Shown here: positions 10,501 through 24,739 of the stretch, in pieces | How positions within the stretch are numbered: the first letter of the stretch is position 1 | Layout: each line of letters begins with the position of its first letter | Assembly: GCF_006345805.1 (NCBI RefSeq) | Contig: NC_043005.1 | Location: 71,672,001-71,736,000, forward strand | DNA: 64,000 nucleotides | Reading direction: 5' to 3' | From: Octopus sinensis | Taxonomy: Eukaryota | The notes under the pieces: model-generated | The model's database searches: none | What the model was told of the DNA's origin: nothing | The model's input: the letters and a program-made list of their open reading frames with translations, nothing else | Position numbers and translations under genes: made by a program

Positions 10501-11401
10501 TATGAGATAGTTTCAGCTATTATGTCAATAGATTTAAGCAACAACATAGTGGCTTCAACATTAGCTCACTGAAGGAAATTAGATGTGTAAAGGATATTTA
10601 AAATGAAATATTTCAACTATGAATTAAAGCCATGTCATTGTTAAGACCCACCAAGAACATACTAGATATCACTAAAAGACAGCAGTGAGTTCCTGTAAGA
10701 ACTGTAGATTTAATATCCTATTAGAACAGGGAATTAAAGTCTTCAATAAAAATATGTTCGTCTAATTGCATTTCTCAAGTATTCTATAGCGGTATCCTAA
10801 ATTAAATGCCATAGCTCTGGAGATAAATATTGAGTTATTCGATGTTGTTATGTTCAATGCTTAGCTTGGATATGTCTGATAGAATCATGTTCAGAAATAT
10901 GTCTGTTTGTCTGTCTGTTTGTCTGCTTATTGTTGTTATTGTTGTTTTTTACTCAAGCCTGATCAGGCAAATCTATAGTCAAATGCACTCCAGCCATGAC
11001 CTTTCCATCTTGATTTAAAGAACAGTAAATTAACCTCAGGTATCTTTTATGAGATAGCAAGATGTGCTTTTAGGTAAATTAGCTGTTGTTTCTAGCATCG
11101 ATTTAGTAGTCAAGTAGTGGAAGCATGAGCAGCACTCTTTCTTTTCCCTTGCAGTAAGTCTTATAACATATTGTTCATTTAAATCAGACCACAACACTAA
11201 ATATAGTTATCTAACAAACATCAAATGTCGTCATTGTCATCATCATTTTGACATCCACTTTTCCATGCTGGCATGGGTTAGAATTCATTGATGCAGATAT
11301 TTTCTGTAGCTGAATGCCCTTCCTGTTTCCACTTCTCACTTGTTTCCAAGCAAGGTAATACTCTCGTAGTTTATCAAACACAAGACAGCTCAGACAGACA
11401 T

Positions 11402-11803
11402 TCTTTTATTGTTTTACTTGTTTCAGTCATTTGACTGTGTCCATGCTGGAGCATAACCTTTAGTCGAGCAAATGATCCTGGGACTTATTCTTTGTAAGCC
11501 TAGTACTTGTTCTATTGGTCCCTTTTGCCGAACTGCTAAATTACGGGGACGTAAACACACCAGCATCGGTTGTCAAGCGATGCTGGGGGAACAAACACAG
11601 ACACACAAATATACACACACACACTCACACACATATACAATGGGATTCTTTCAGTTTCTGTCTACCAAATCCACTCACAAGGCTTTGGTCGGCTCGAGGC
11701 TATAGTAGAAGATACTACTTGCCCAAGGTGCCACGCAGTGGGACTGAGCCCAGAACCATGTGGTTGGTAAGCAGGCTACTTACCACACAGCCACTCCTAC
11801 GCC
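11402..11803 (-). mobile_element. CORE-type SINE, full length
   Basis: Reverse complement of the 6019-6476 family. Confidence 0.9.
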
Positions 11804-12458
11804 TATATATGATTTTCTTTGCAACTATCACTCAGCGTGTCAAAAAGCCTGGACATATTTTCATAGTTGACTGCAAATTAGCTCAGTTTCCAAAGCATAC
11901 AAGTAACAGAGTATAAAATACTCCCTACCCATACAACTCAAGATGTGGGCTTCTGTATGGTCCCAGAACAGCTCAGCAAAAGTGTTCAATAGAATAAGTA
12001 CCAGACTTCAAAAAAAAGAAGAAAAAACAAGTACAGGGGTCAATCTGTTTAACTAAAACCCCCTCAAAACAATGCTCCAGCATGGCCACAGTCCACAACT
12101 GAAACAATTAAAAGATAAACGATATATTCTTCAGCATTTTAAGATAACAGGATAAGATCCAGTTGTTATTTCTAGCATGTCAAGTGACTACACAGAAGCT
12201 CTCTTGTTGGCTCGTTAAGGAATTAGCATTAATTGCTAAACGATAAACATTCCACTGTTGTCATTTCTTGTATTACTAGGAAAATTGTTATCTCTGATTT
12301 AGAATGTATCTGGAAACATACTCACGCATATCTACCAAATTGTTATGAGACATGCAATGATCTGGCTACAAATCCGTTAATTAATTAATTGATTAATTGA
12401 TCATACGATATATCTAACCGCATTAATGTCTGTCTGGCTGTTTGTCAGCATATCTACT

Positions 12459-12503
<45 letters not shown>

Positions 12504-12656
12504 ATATCATATCATATTATTTCATATAATATTATATTATATAATATAATCATCATTTTTAAACACCCATTTTCCATGCTAATGTTGGTATAGGTTAGCT
12601 ATATAGGTGTGTATGTCTACATATATAATATATATATGTATATATATATATGTATG

Positions 12657-12695
<39 letters not shown>

Positions 12696-12749
12696 GCACA
12701 CATATATATTTATATACATATATATGTACACGCACATTATTGATATGTA

Positions 12750-12792
<43 letters not shown>

Positions 12793-12836
12793 ATATCATA
12801 TATTATATATAGATATTATATATATATTATATATAT

Positions 12837-12899
<63 letters not shown>

Positions 12900-13511
12900 T
12901 GTACATAATAAATGTTTATAAATGTGTGTGTGTGTGTATTCATATTCCAGAGGGATATTTTAATTGACAAGCTTTTTCTATCAGCTTAACCCATCACCTG
13001 GCTTAACTCCACCACCTGACCTTTGGGCTGTTTTTAATAGCTGTCCACTCTAATGCAAATAAACAGGCCAGATCTCTGGTCTGAGAATAACTTATTCCCT
13101 GCCGTCTATCAGTCTTAGAGGCTCCAAAAAATGTCAAGGATATTGCCCTTCCTTCTCTAACTAAGTCACAGCGAAAATGTATAAAAATGAAAAAGAGGAA
13201 AAGCTGTATATTTTGACATTTTATTGCATTGGAGAATTTTAAAAATCTTCAAATAATCATTAGATGACATTTCATTCAAATTATCCTCTGCTTTTTACCA
13301 TTTAAGCTAAATAGTTTTGCTAGATATTGCATAGGATTTGGACAGGTTTTCAATGTTTGTGACATATTTCTAGCAAGCCTTTATTATGTATAATAGATAA
13401 ATGCTGAAGAATGGAAATTGGTAAATGGAATTTGAGTGGGATATGTATTATTAATCATCATCACCTTCATTGTCATTGTTCGTCATTGGTCATCATCATC
13501 GTCATCTTCAC

Positions 13512-13545
<34 letters not shown>

Positions 13546-13994
13546 TTTATCATTATCACTAGATTATCACTCATGTGCAAACTGTCTAACCCATGCCAGC
13601 ATGGAAAAATGAACGTTAAATGATGAAGATGAACTTTTCCAGCATCATCGTTATTATCATCATATTGTCATCATCTTTATCATTGTCATCTTTGTTGTAA
13701 TCATCATAATCATCATCCTCATCAACAACAACAATTGATTCTACAAAAACAGAGAATCTTTATGTGGTCCTTGGGCCTGCTAGAAATAACAGTCGCATCT
13801 CCATTATATCATACCATAAAAAAATTAGATGCTAAAAACTATGTTGTATATTATGTTGTATTAGATGTATAATGTTTGGCACAGAAAAAAAGGCGAAATG
13901 TGAAGGTCATGGATGGAACGCTTTTTATCACAAGGTCTGCTTAATCAAAACTGATTGAGAAGTCTAAACAATGTTAACAACAGCAGCACTATCA

Positions 13995-14425
13995 TGTTCG
14001 TCTCACATCATCATCATCATCAGCAGTAGTAGCTGCAGCATCAGCATTTCAACTCTCAGAACCACCACTATTTCAACTACTACCACTACCACCATTGCAA
14101 GTAGTAGCAGCAGCAGCAGTTACATCATCAGTATTATTAGCACCATCATCATCTTCATCACCACCACCACCACCACCATCACTACTACCACCATCACCAC
14201 TGCTATCGCCATCACCATCACCACCATCATCACCACCACCACCACCATCACCACTGCTATCGCCATCACCACCATCACCACCACCACCATTGTCAGCACT
14301 ACTAACATCACTAGCACCATCTCCATCTCCACTGCAAGTATTATTTATGCTACCACCATCACCACCACTATCACCACCACCACCACCACCACGAACCGCC
14401 AATGCTACCATCACCCAAATCATCA
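13995..14425. repeat. Degenerate (CAT/CAC/CAG)n trinucleotide tract
   Basis: Mixed triplet repeat that produces the spurious poly-T/poly-P/poly-G ORFs. Confidence 0.9.
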
Positions 14426-14874
14426 TCACTCTTGTTTCTCTACTCTCAAAGGTGGAATGGATCTGTAGTATGGCATGCTGCCACTCCTCCTATAACCATT
14501 TCATTTTCTCTGTAGTAATGCTTTAACTTCATGATAATCCAAATTCCTAGCTTATTTCTTCATCTTCTTTCATCTTCCTCTACCTTGAATACCTCCCAGT
14601 CTTGGCATACAGCACTCTTTCACCCAGTAGGTGTCATGTATTCACATAAAACGCCCACACCAGCACAGCCACCACTCCTCAACATATAAAATGATAATAC
14701 CTTTAATAATACTCTACTTGCACCAAAGCATTCATGTAAATTGATGTTGTATACTTAATAGGTTACTCTTAACTCGTTTCTTTCCATCTTCTGAAGATCT
14801 TTTGCACTCAATATCCAAAATCGTGAAAGTTGGCAGAGTTGTTAGAGTATGAGAAGAAGAAGTAACTCATAAGG

Positions 14875-15063
14875 TGTGTCTGGGGAGAGTCATTTTCTTT
14901 TTGTGCCTTATGATGTAACACACTCACCAGTAAAATTTCCACTTATTTCTTAATTTTATTTTCCTAAAATTTTCGTTGCATCTTGCAACCTTTTCAATAG
15001 TCTTAACTCAAGACAATTGAGTTACATCATAAGGCACAAAAAGAAAATGACTCCCCAGACACA
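14875..15063. repeat. Inverted repeat, ~43-45-bp arms with ~100-bp spacer (MITE-like)
   Basis: TGTGTCTGGGGAGAGTCATTTTCTTTTTGTGCCTTATGATGTAAC (14875-14919) versus its reverse complement at 15021-15063, differing only by a 2-nt indel. Confidence 0.85.
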
Positions 15064-15229
15064 ACAGAATATGCTTCAACATACGAAATCATATAAAGAA
15101 TATTGCAAACCAAATCCAAAAATGAAATAATTCATAAGTGTTTTACGGATCTCTTTCCTCTGAATTCGAATTTTATAGGGTTCAATTCTGTTTTAATCCT
15201 TTCAGGGGTTGCTAAGATAGTGTTTCTGC

Positions 15230-15548
15230 TAGAAAGGGTGGATGGAGTGCGGTGGCATGGGTATGTGTTGAGGAGGGATGAGGAGCATGTTCTGAGGAGG
15301 GGGCTTGAGTTTGAAGCGAATGGACTGCAAAAGTGTGGTAGACCAAGGAAAACGTGGATGGGACAGGTGGAAGAGGAGATTGGGTGGGTAGGCTTGAGAA
15401 GGGAGGATGCCCCAAATCGGGCAAGATGGTGAGATGGTGTGAGGGCGGTTGCTATGACACTGAGGTAGATCTGGCCACTCCCGTTAACGGGAACAAAGCC
15501 CAGATTTAAAACACTGGATGATGATGATGATGATGATGATGAGGATGA
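15230..15548 (+). mobile_element. 5'-truncated RTE-clade LINE 3' end with (GAT)n tail
   Basis: VRWHGYVLRRDEEHVLRRGLEFEANGLQKCGRPRKTW...DAPNRARW matches the RTE C-terminal RW.GHV.R / GRP..TW / R..W pattern, followed by ACTGGATGATGATG. Confidence 0.8.
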
Positions 15549-15721
15549 AAAGGTCAGCAGATTAGTGAAATTATCAGTGTGTCAAATGAGATACTTTGCA
15601 GTATTCATTTCTGGCTCTTTGTATTCTAAGTTCAAATCCTACCAAGATCGATTTGGTCTCTCTTCCTTTCAGGGTCCCATAAATTGAACTTTCCATCAGG
15701 CTGACAAATCAGAGGAGTGAA

Positions 15722-16040
15722 GGTGTGTGGTTTATTGGTTCAGGTATTTGTGTGATGATTGCAAGGTTGTAAGTTCAATTCTTGGTGGCATGCTGTGTCC
15801 CTGAGTAAGATACTTTACTTTGTGTTGCTCCAGCCCACTCAACTGGCAAAAATGAGTTATACCTGTAATTCAAAGGGCCGGCCTTGTCACATTTTGAACC
15901 CTGTTGAATTTTGCTGAGAACTACATTATGGGTACACAAGTCTGTGGAGTGCTCGGTCACTTGCCTGTTAATTTCAAGAGCAGGCTGTTTTGTTGATCAG
16001 ATCATCTGGAACCATTATCACTGTAACCAACAAAGGGCCA
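15722..16040 (+). mobile_element. tRNA-derived SINE (fourth family; GTGTCCCTGAGTAAGATACTTTA...GCTCCAGCCCACTCAACTGG)
   Basis: Degenerate A/B boxes. A homologous minus-strand copy lies at ~58190-58945. Confidence 0.65.
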
Positions 16041-16169
16041 CTGCAACAGAGGAAGTGCAGAGTGTAAATGAAACACCTTATTCTATTCATTCAACCTCTC
16101 AGATTCTGAGTTCAAATCCTACTGATGAAAGCTTTGTCATTTGTCTTTTCAGAGGACAATGAAATATAT

Positions 16170-16398
16170 ATTTCTTTACTACCCACAAGGGGCTAAACAC
16201 AGAGGGGACAAACAAGGACAGACAAATAGATTAAATCGATTATATCGACCCCAGTGTGTAACTGGTACTTATTTAATTGACCCCGAAAGGATGAAAGGCA
16301 AAGTCGACCTCAGTGGAATTTGAACTCAGAACGTAACGGCAGACGAAATACGAATACGCATTTCGCCCGGCGTGCTAACGATTCTGCCAGCTCACCGC
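16170..16398 (-). mobile_element. Meta-like tRNA-SINE, near-consensus full copy
   Basis: High identity to 49926-50150 and 52208-52430. Confidence 0.9.
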
Positions 16399-17537
16399 AG
16401 AAATATAGTTTCTGTCAAGGCTGGTAGATTGATAGAATTGTTTGAAATATAATTCTGTGTATATTAAGTATTATTTATCTCTCATTGGATTGGGTATTAA
16501 CTATATGCATGTGTGTGTGTGTGTGTTTGTTTGTTTGTTTCATTGTCTCCGTACCGTGACATTGTGTGAAAAAATGTCATGCAACAGGTGACCTTTATTT
16601 CCAATCTTCCATAAAAACATGTCTGGTCACAGGGAAATATTATCTTGCTTGGAAACAGATGTGGGTCGGTGACAAGAATAACATCTGGTCATAGAAAATC
16701 TGCCTCAAAGAATTCCATTTGATTCATGCAAGTATGGACAAGGGAATGTTAAATAATGACGATGATATTGGTGGCGACAGCGCTTGTGGTGGTGGCAGAA
16801 ACAAATCCGATGATTAGAACTATGACGACATTAATTACAACAAAACAGTCATTAACTGTGAATAAAATAAATCGATGGAATACAGTAAAATGCCATGCAG
16901 AACCAGTAAACCAAAATTATGTTTTAGGTCACTATCAGATCATCTTAACCATGTTGCTTCAATGTTATCTTACACATAGAGACACACGTCAATCAATCAA
17001 ATTAAACAAGAATCCGAGGGAATAGTCGTGATGGCTAGTGGCTGTAAATGGTAAATGCAGAATGTTACATTTCTTATATTCCTTGGAGCAAATTAATTAT
17101 TTCCATTTTGTGTATTTTCTCATAATTAAAGAAGTTGTTTATTCTCTTTCGTTAAATATGTGTAATGTGATAATTTAATTTTTCTCTCTTTCAACCTTGT
17201 ACGTTTCTATTAATTCACGTTTGTGTATTTCAGTTAAGACAACCTTTGTCATTGTTTTTGTTGTTGTTGTTGTTTTTAACCCCAGGTTAAACAAAACTTG
17301 GTCAAGCAGAACTTTGATCAAACACATTCCAGCTGTGAACCATCCTTTATATTTTATTCATTTATGTTTATATGCTTTTTTATTTCCAAAGCTTCATGCA
17401 TTTAGGTTCACATCAAACGTATCATTCATCCTTTTTAAGATTATAGAATGTATGCTATGAGTAATAGTCTGCTGCTATTGCTAGCTGGTTGAGTAGCCAT
17501 GTAAAGACTTCCTAATGTTTTGCATTATCTTTTAGCT

Positions 17538-17958
17538 ACTTTTACTTGTTTGAGTTATTGAACTATGGCCATGCTGGAGCATAGTCCCACTTGAACAAAC
17601 TGACCCCCAAGCTTATTTTACTTATCATTCTTTTAATTTCGGTATTTAGTTTATTTGTCCCTTTTGCCAAACTGCTAAGTTGCAGGACAGTAAATAAACC
17701 AACACTGATTGTCAAATGATGACAGGGGACAAACACGTAGACACACACAAGCACATAGTAACACAAACACACAACCCCTATATATATATATATATATATA
17801 TATCTACGACATGCTTCCATGCAGTTTCCACCTATCAAATTCACTCACAAAGAACTGGGTCAACCTGAGACTATAGTAGAAGACACATGCCCAAGGTGCC
17901 ACACAGTGGAACTGAACCTGAAACTACATGGTTACAAAGCTAGCTTCTTAGCCACACA
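17538..17958 (-). mobile_element. CORE-type SINE, diverged
   Basis: Colinear with 11402-11803. Confidence 0.75.
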
Positions 17959-18007
17959 TTTATTAGTAGGTCTATGAGTGAATGTCTGATATATAAGTGA
18001 GTGTCTG

Positions 18008-18229
18008 TACAAAGGAGCACTGAAAAGTTCCTGGCTTTGAGGGCATCATTGAAAGGCCTGGGTGGCAGCCCAGCCTTCCAAGTTCTTTTACCGAGTGTAG
18101 AAAAACTGAAGGGCCACTGCAATAAGTGTGTGAATCTGAGAGAGGAATGTGTTAAATAAAATTATAATTAACTGATTCTCTTGTATTTTCTTTTACCCAA
18201 AGCCAGGATCACTTCCATACCTCCTCATG
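18008..18229 (+). mobile_element. Mariner-derived MITE (irritans-like), copy 1
   Basis: TIR-like ends TAC..GG..CTGAAAAGTTCCTGGCTTT / AAAGCCAGGA. The interior retains a transposase C-terminus remnant (VEKLKGHCNKCVNLREECVK*, cf. GIEKL..RW.KC..L.G.YVE*). Confidence 0.7.
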
Positions 18230-18255
18230 TGTATGTGCATATATATATACATACA

Positions 18256-18291
<36 letters not shown>

Positions 18292-18294
18292 CAT

Positions 18295-18336
<42 letters not shown>

Positions 18337-18671
18337 GGGCTTAGTAAAATAATTACTTTGCCACATACTGAACTTAGTATATATATATAGGTTATGAGAG
18401 ATAATGGTGTTAGTGACACCCATAGGTGTCAGGTAATGCTGAATAAGTGCTATGGATAGACCATAGGTTAAGTTCCAGGTTCGGTGATTATGCGAATAAG
18501 GGGGTCCAACATAAGTCATATATTAGCGGGTGTATATAAAATTTTTTTTTTTCCATAATGAGATAAAAAAAACAAGGGTGTGTAGATTTTAGAACATTTA
18601 GAAATGTTCTAAAATCTACACAGCATTGGTTTTTTTTATCTCATTACGGAAAAAAAAAAATCTTACATATA

Positions 18672-18891
18672 TATAAGGAGATGCTGAAAAGTTCCTGACT
18701 TTAAGGGTTCATGAAAGGCCTGGAGGTCAAACCTGCTGAGTTCTTATTTTATACAGGGTGTAGAAAACCTGAAGGACTGCTGCAATAAGTGTGCAAATAT
18801 GAGAGGGGAATATGTTCAATAAAATCATAATGAACTGAACATACCGTATTTTCTTTTACCCAGAGCCAGGAACTTTTATAGCATGTGTCTA
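18672..18891 (+). mobile_element. Mariner-derived MITE, copy 2
   Basis: Colinear with 18008-18229 in the same orientation. Confidence 0.7.
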
Positions 18892-19349
18892 TGGATGGGT
18901 GTGTGAATACATGCATGCACTTTTGTGTGTAATTCATTCATTCTTTCAAAGAATCACTCATCAATGCATTATTTTTAGGTGCCAATGGCCTGACCAAGCA
19001 AAAATGTGTGAGAATCATTAGGTGTGTATGTGTGTGAATATCGGATTGCTTAAGTGCATAGAGTGTGTCTACATATGATCACTAATAATTGGAGTTTACA
19101 GATACTGCATGTGTCTAAGCTTCTAACTCTACCAATTCTGGAAGCCTACCATCCCGTAACCAATGTACACATATGACTCATAATTCGCTATGAACCTTGC
19201 ACATTCCTGACAGCCAAACCACTAAGAGAAGGTTATGATTCTTTCAATGATCTACATGTGAAGGATATTCCAATATGTACTTTTACTGAAATACCAGCTT
19301 TGATGGTAAAGTGCTTTTATAGATTTCTGATTTGTGCAGAATGCAGTAT

Positions 19350-19362
19350 ATGTGTGTGTGTA

Positions 19363-19411
<49 letters not shown>

Positions 19412-19412
19412 T

Positions 19413-19484
<72 letters not shown>

Positions 19485-19485
19485 C

Positions 19486-19568
<83 letters not shown>

Positions 19569-19774
19569 GTGTATGTATACACATAAAGAAAGAAAGAGAT
19601 AGATAGATGGACAGACAGATAGATTGATTGGTAGATATAAGAGTGTGTCTGCATGTGAGTATGTGAATGTAGATGTATATATATATGAATGTATGTATAT
19701 ATATGTGTGTTTCTGTGTGTGTATCTCTCTCTCTCTATATATATATATATACACACACACACATATGAATGTAT

Positions 19775-19805
<31 letters not shown>

Positions 19806-19947
19806 AATGAATATATGTATAGATGAATATATGTATATATATATATATATATGTAAATATGTATGTATATATATATATGTATATATGTACGTTTATATAT
19901 ATGTATTATATATGTATGTATCTATTTAAATATATATATAATATATA

Positions 19948-19989
<42 letters not shown>

Positions 19990-20016
19990 AATATTTATAT
20001 TATATGAATGTAACAT

Positions 20017-20056
<40 letters not shown>
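19350..20056. repeat. Large (TA)n / mixed dinucleotide microsatellite block
   Basis: Direct inspection. Similar blocks at ~23385-23855, ~29605-30200, ~30520-30840, ~46780-47120 and ~50465-51070. Confidence 0.95.
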
Positions 20057-20437
20057 TTAAATTAATGTATATTTTGATATATCTATTATGTGTGGTGGTG
20101 GATGAATGTATGCACCTAAGATGGAAGAGCATTGTTGAATATGATAGAATTATATCTACCTATACACATAAATATGTATAGTCTAACAGAAGGAAAGTAG
20201 GTGTATACCTGGTGAAGATCAAGGTTTTATCTTGTAATTCTCTTTACCACTACTAGACCCATTTTGAGAATGCATAAATATCATCAGAGAAATGGTTGAA
20301 TGAACAATGTCTGCTATACTTCAATTTAGTCCTTGCTACATGATCACTGACATTATGTGACCTTCTTCTTGTTGATCAGCCTCATCTAGGGCACTTGTTG
20401 ATATCTGTGAAATCTTCTTTACTTCTTTCAGCTCATG

Positions 20438-20609
<172 letters not shown>

Positions 20610-20919
20610 AATAGATAGAAAGACAGGCAGATATGCATATATATATCCTTACTTTTTTTGTTGCTGTCTCTTTATTGCTCTCTCTGTCTCTCTCTCTCTT
20701 TATATACATATGTGTCTATATTTTTATCTATATTCATCCATGTGTATGTGTGTATATATATTATATATATATATAATATATATATATATATGTTGGCATG
20801 TAAAGTATATATGTATATACATGTATATGTACATATGCATATATATATGTGTGTGAGTGTATGTATGTATGTATGTATACATACATATGCACATACATAC
20901 ATCAATATATATATATATA

Positions 20920-21250
20920 TATCAGGAGTAGCTGTGTAGGCACACGAGTGGTTGTGTTGTAAGTAGCTTGCTTACCAACCACATGGGTCCGGGTTCAGTC
21001 CTACTGCATGGCACTTTGGGTAAGTGTCTACTGCCATAGCCTTGGGCCAACCAAGGGTTTGGTAGACAGAAATTGAAAGAAGCCCATTATATATGTATGT
21101 CTGTAAGTATTTATACCCCCAAATACATCTCCATAACACAGTGGTTCAGCAAAGAGACTAGGCTTACAACGAATAAGTCCTAGTATCGATTTGTTCGACT
21201 GAAGATGGTGCTCCAGCATGGCCACTGTCAAATGACTGACACAAGTAAAA
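20920..21250 (+). mobile_element. CORE-type SINE, diverged with internal deletions
   Basis: Head GTGGTTGTGTTGTAAGTAGCTTGCTTACCAACCACATGG and tail GGTGCTCCAGCATGGCC. Confidence 0.75.
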
Positions 21251-22802
21251 GGGGGAAAAATATATATATATATATATATATGTTTATATAAATCTTGCCT
21301 TGTATCTGCTACTACACCTTCCTCTATCTGTGTTTGTTTGTACCTCCTACAATCTGTTCATACTCTCAACCTTTCTCTCACAGTCAGACTTACACCCTCT
21401 CTATACACATCTCTCTCTCTATCTTTTCTCTCTCCCTTTGTTTCCTCAAATGTAGTTTTGACTCATTGAAAGAGGAAATCCACTTTCTGCTCTGTATTTC
21501 TCTTTCAAATTTAGTTGATATTTTCCTTCTTTAATTTTTCCATTTGCATTTCTTTCCTCCCTTTTCTTCAATATTGATTTTTCCCACCAAATATAACAGC
21601 TGTTAAACATTCCCAATATCTCTGACAGTGTATATATATATATATGTGTGTGTGTGAATGCATGCATGCTTTTATGTATCTATGTATATATGTGTGTATT
21701 TAAATGTATGTATAAGTGTATGCATGTGTGTGAGTGTTTGTATGTATGTATGTATTTCTGGATTATGAGTATATGCATGTATTGGTATTTGTATGTATGT
21801 GAATTAATAGGTAAAAGTGTACATGGTTATAAAGTTATATGGGTATGTATATATATATATGTGTGTGTGTGTGTATATATATACATACACTGTAATCTCA
21901 ATACATCTGTCTACCTATATATCAATCTATATGTATACATATGATATATACATACAGATATGTATACACATATATATATAGACATACAGATACGTATACA
22001 TACATATATATACATACGTGTATGTGTGTATGGATGGATGGATCAATTGATATATATATATATATATAGATAGATAGATAGATAGATAGATATACATGCA
22101 AACATATATGTATATAAGTATGTATGTGTATTTCTATGTATGTGTGTGAAGTAATGGATGTATGTGTAGAAGGTAATGTTTATGTATATGTGTGTTTTGT
22201 GCCCCTCTCTCTCTATCTATCTATTTATTTTCCTCTTTCTCTCCCCCCCTCTCTCTCTATATATATATTTATATATATACACTGAAAAAGAGAGAGCTTA
22301 TAGCTGTGTGTTTATATGTATCTGCATCTGTATGTATATATATGTACATGTTTTAATCTTTTTCTCCAACCAATCGTTACTTAAATAATTTATATACCTC
22401 CCCACTTCTTTGTTGGTAAATGCTTCAATACATATATGTGTATGTGTAAGTATATACATGCATGCATGTATTTATAAATATGTATATATACACACATATA
22501 TATATGCAAACATATATGTATATATATACACACACAGAAATTTTACAAAACACAAATGCATACATACATAACACACACACACACACACAGGTTATCCTAC
22601 ACAAACATGAGCCCAGAACACACGCACACACACATACATTTATATACACACACACATGTTGACATACATAAATTTTACATACAAAATACAAACACGTAAT
22701 ATACAATTCACAGAAGTGTGATTCTATCCAAGCATAAGCCAAGACCACATGCATAGAGAAACATACATATTTACCACAGAATCACACGCCAATCTTTAGC
22801 TG

Positions 22803-22888
<86 letters not shown>

Positions 22889-23328
22889 AACACACACATA
22901 TACACACGCACATTTTCTACAGATGTAACATGAGCACTATGTCAACTGAGATAATTCAAATTTTCCTCGTTCGCTTAGCTACTATATTGACCAATAATAA
23001 GATTCTAAAGAGTGGGTCATGAAGACACCCAAACGCCCTTCCTGGAGTTTGAACCCTAATATGGTTAAAGGAGGAATTATACGCCATTAAGGATTTATAT
23101 GCCATTGAGGATTTACATTAAATTACCGGGATAGTACTACAGTTCTTATGTTTGACTGGCTCCATTAAGCATGTATGTATATGCATATAAATATATTTAA
23201 ATATAGTTATTATCAGCTTTTCAGTTATCCATAGAATTGCTATCTGACCCCTCCCTTCCACTTTTGTTTGCTACTCTCTTTTCTTTCTGTGCCATCTCAT
23301 GCATATTTCTCTGCTTACATTTCTCTCT

Positions 23329-23365
<37 letters not shown>

Positions 23366-23398
23366 ACTCATACACACATATGTATGTGTGTGTGTATG

Positions 23399-23478
<80 letters not shown>

Positions 23479-23758
23479 GCATATATATATGTATATAATA
23501 TATATATATATTATATATATATATATATACATATATATATGTATATTCATGCACAGCAGCACATCCCTTTATATATATGTATGTATATATATGTATATAC
23601 ATGTGTATATATATATATATATATATGCATACATATATATATATGTATATATATATATATGTGTATATATATGGATGTTTTGCGTTCTTGTCCCATTTTG
23701 TATTTTATATATATATATGTGTATATATATATATATACACAAAGGGAAGTATTGTGTG

Positions 23759-23821
<63 letters not shown>

Positions 23822-24739
23822 CACATATATATATATACATATATATATATTCAGAGATGCACACTTACAAATGTGCACGCAATACATCCATTTGTGTGTG
23901 TGTGTGTGTGTGTGTGTGTATCTATGCATAAGTCTATCTGTGTTTATTCTGTATGACTTTCTTTTGTGCAACACAGCTTTAAATCTAAACAATAACAAAC
24001 TTGAAGGGGATTATATATATGTTTGCTCACTCTCCATGCTCCTGTTCTTAATAACAACAACAACAACAACAACACAACAACAGCAACAGCAGCAGCAACA
24101 GCATAAACAAAACATTTCCTAAACACCTTTGTTTAAAAAAAAAAAAAACTTTTTTTCTCTAAATCCTAAATCCATTTACTTTCAGACTCTTCTCCAATCA
24201 TGTCTCCTTGTTTTATTCTTAGCAAACAACAAACGGTCTTTCCCCACATGTTACATCATTTCCTTACCCTAACACCCTTTCCAATGTTCTTCCCTTTTTA
24301 TCTGATCCTTGAATAGATTGAAGCCAAGTCTGTTGCATACACTTCTCCTCCTACACGAGGGATTATCTGGAGTTGTTTTTGTTTTTTGTTTTGTTTTTTT
24401 TCTCTATGCTATGTTGTTATGTCCACGTGTTTCATATTTAAGATAGCTTCTACTTAAGTTGTCTTATACTTATGTTTTTTTAATTCTTATGTTATGTTGT
24501 TGTTCTAATCCTCTCCATTGAAATCAAAGCCATGAAAACTCGGACCTGTGCACGCAAAAAACATGCACGCACACACACACACACACACAAATACATATAC
24601 ACACACTGATATACGGACAAGTTCACAAACATCAAACAAGTCTTTGTGTGTGCTTCTATGCATGTATATATATATATATATATATATAAATATGTACGAT
24701 ATAGATACAAATATATATATATATATATATATACCACGT

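Noticed and set aside
13971-14526. Thr-/Pro-/Gly-rich ORFs resembling mucin or extensin
   Set aside because: A degenerate CAT/CAC triplet repeat open in most frames on both strands.
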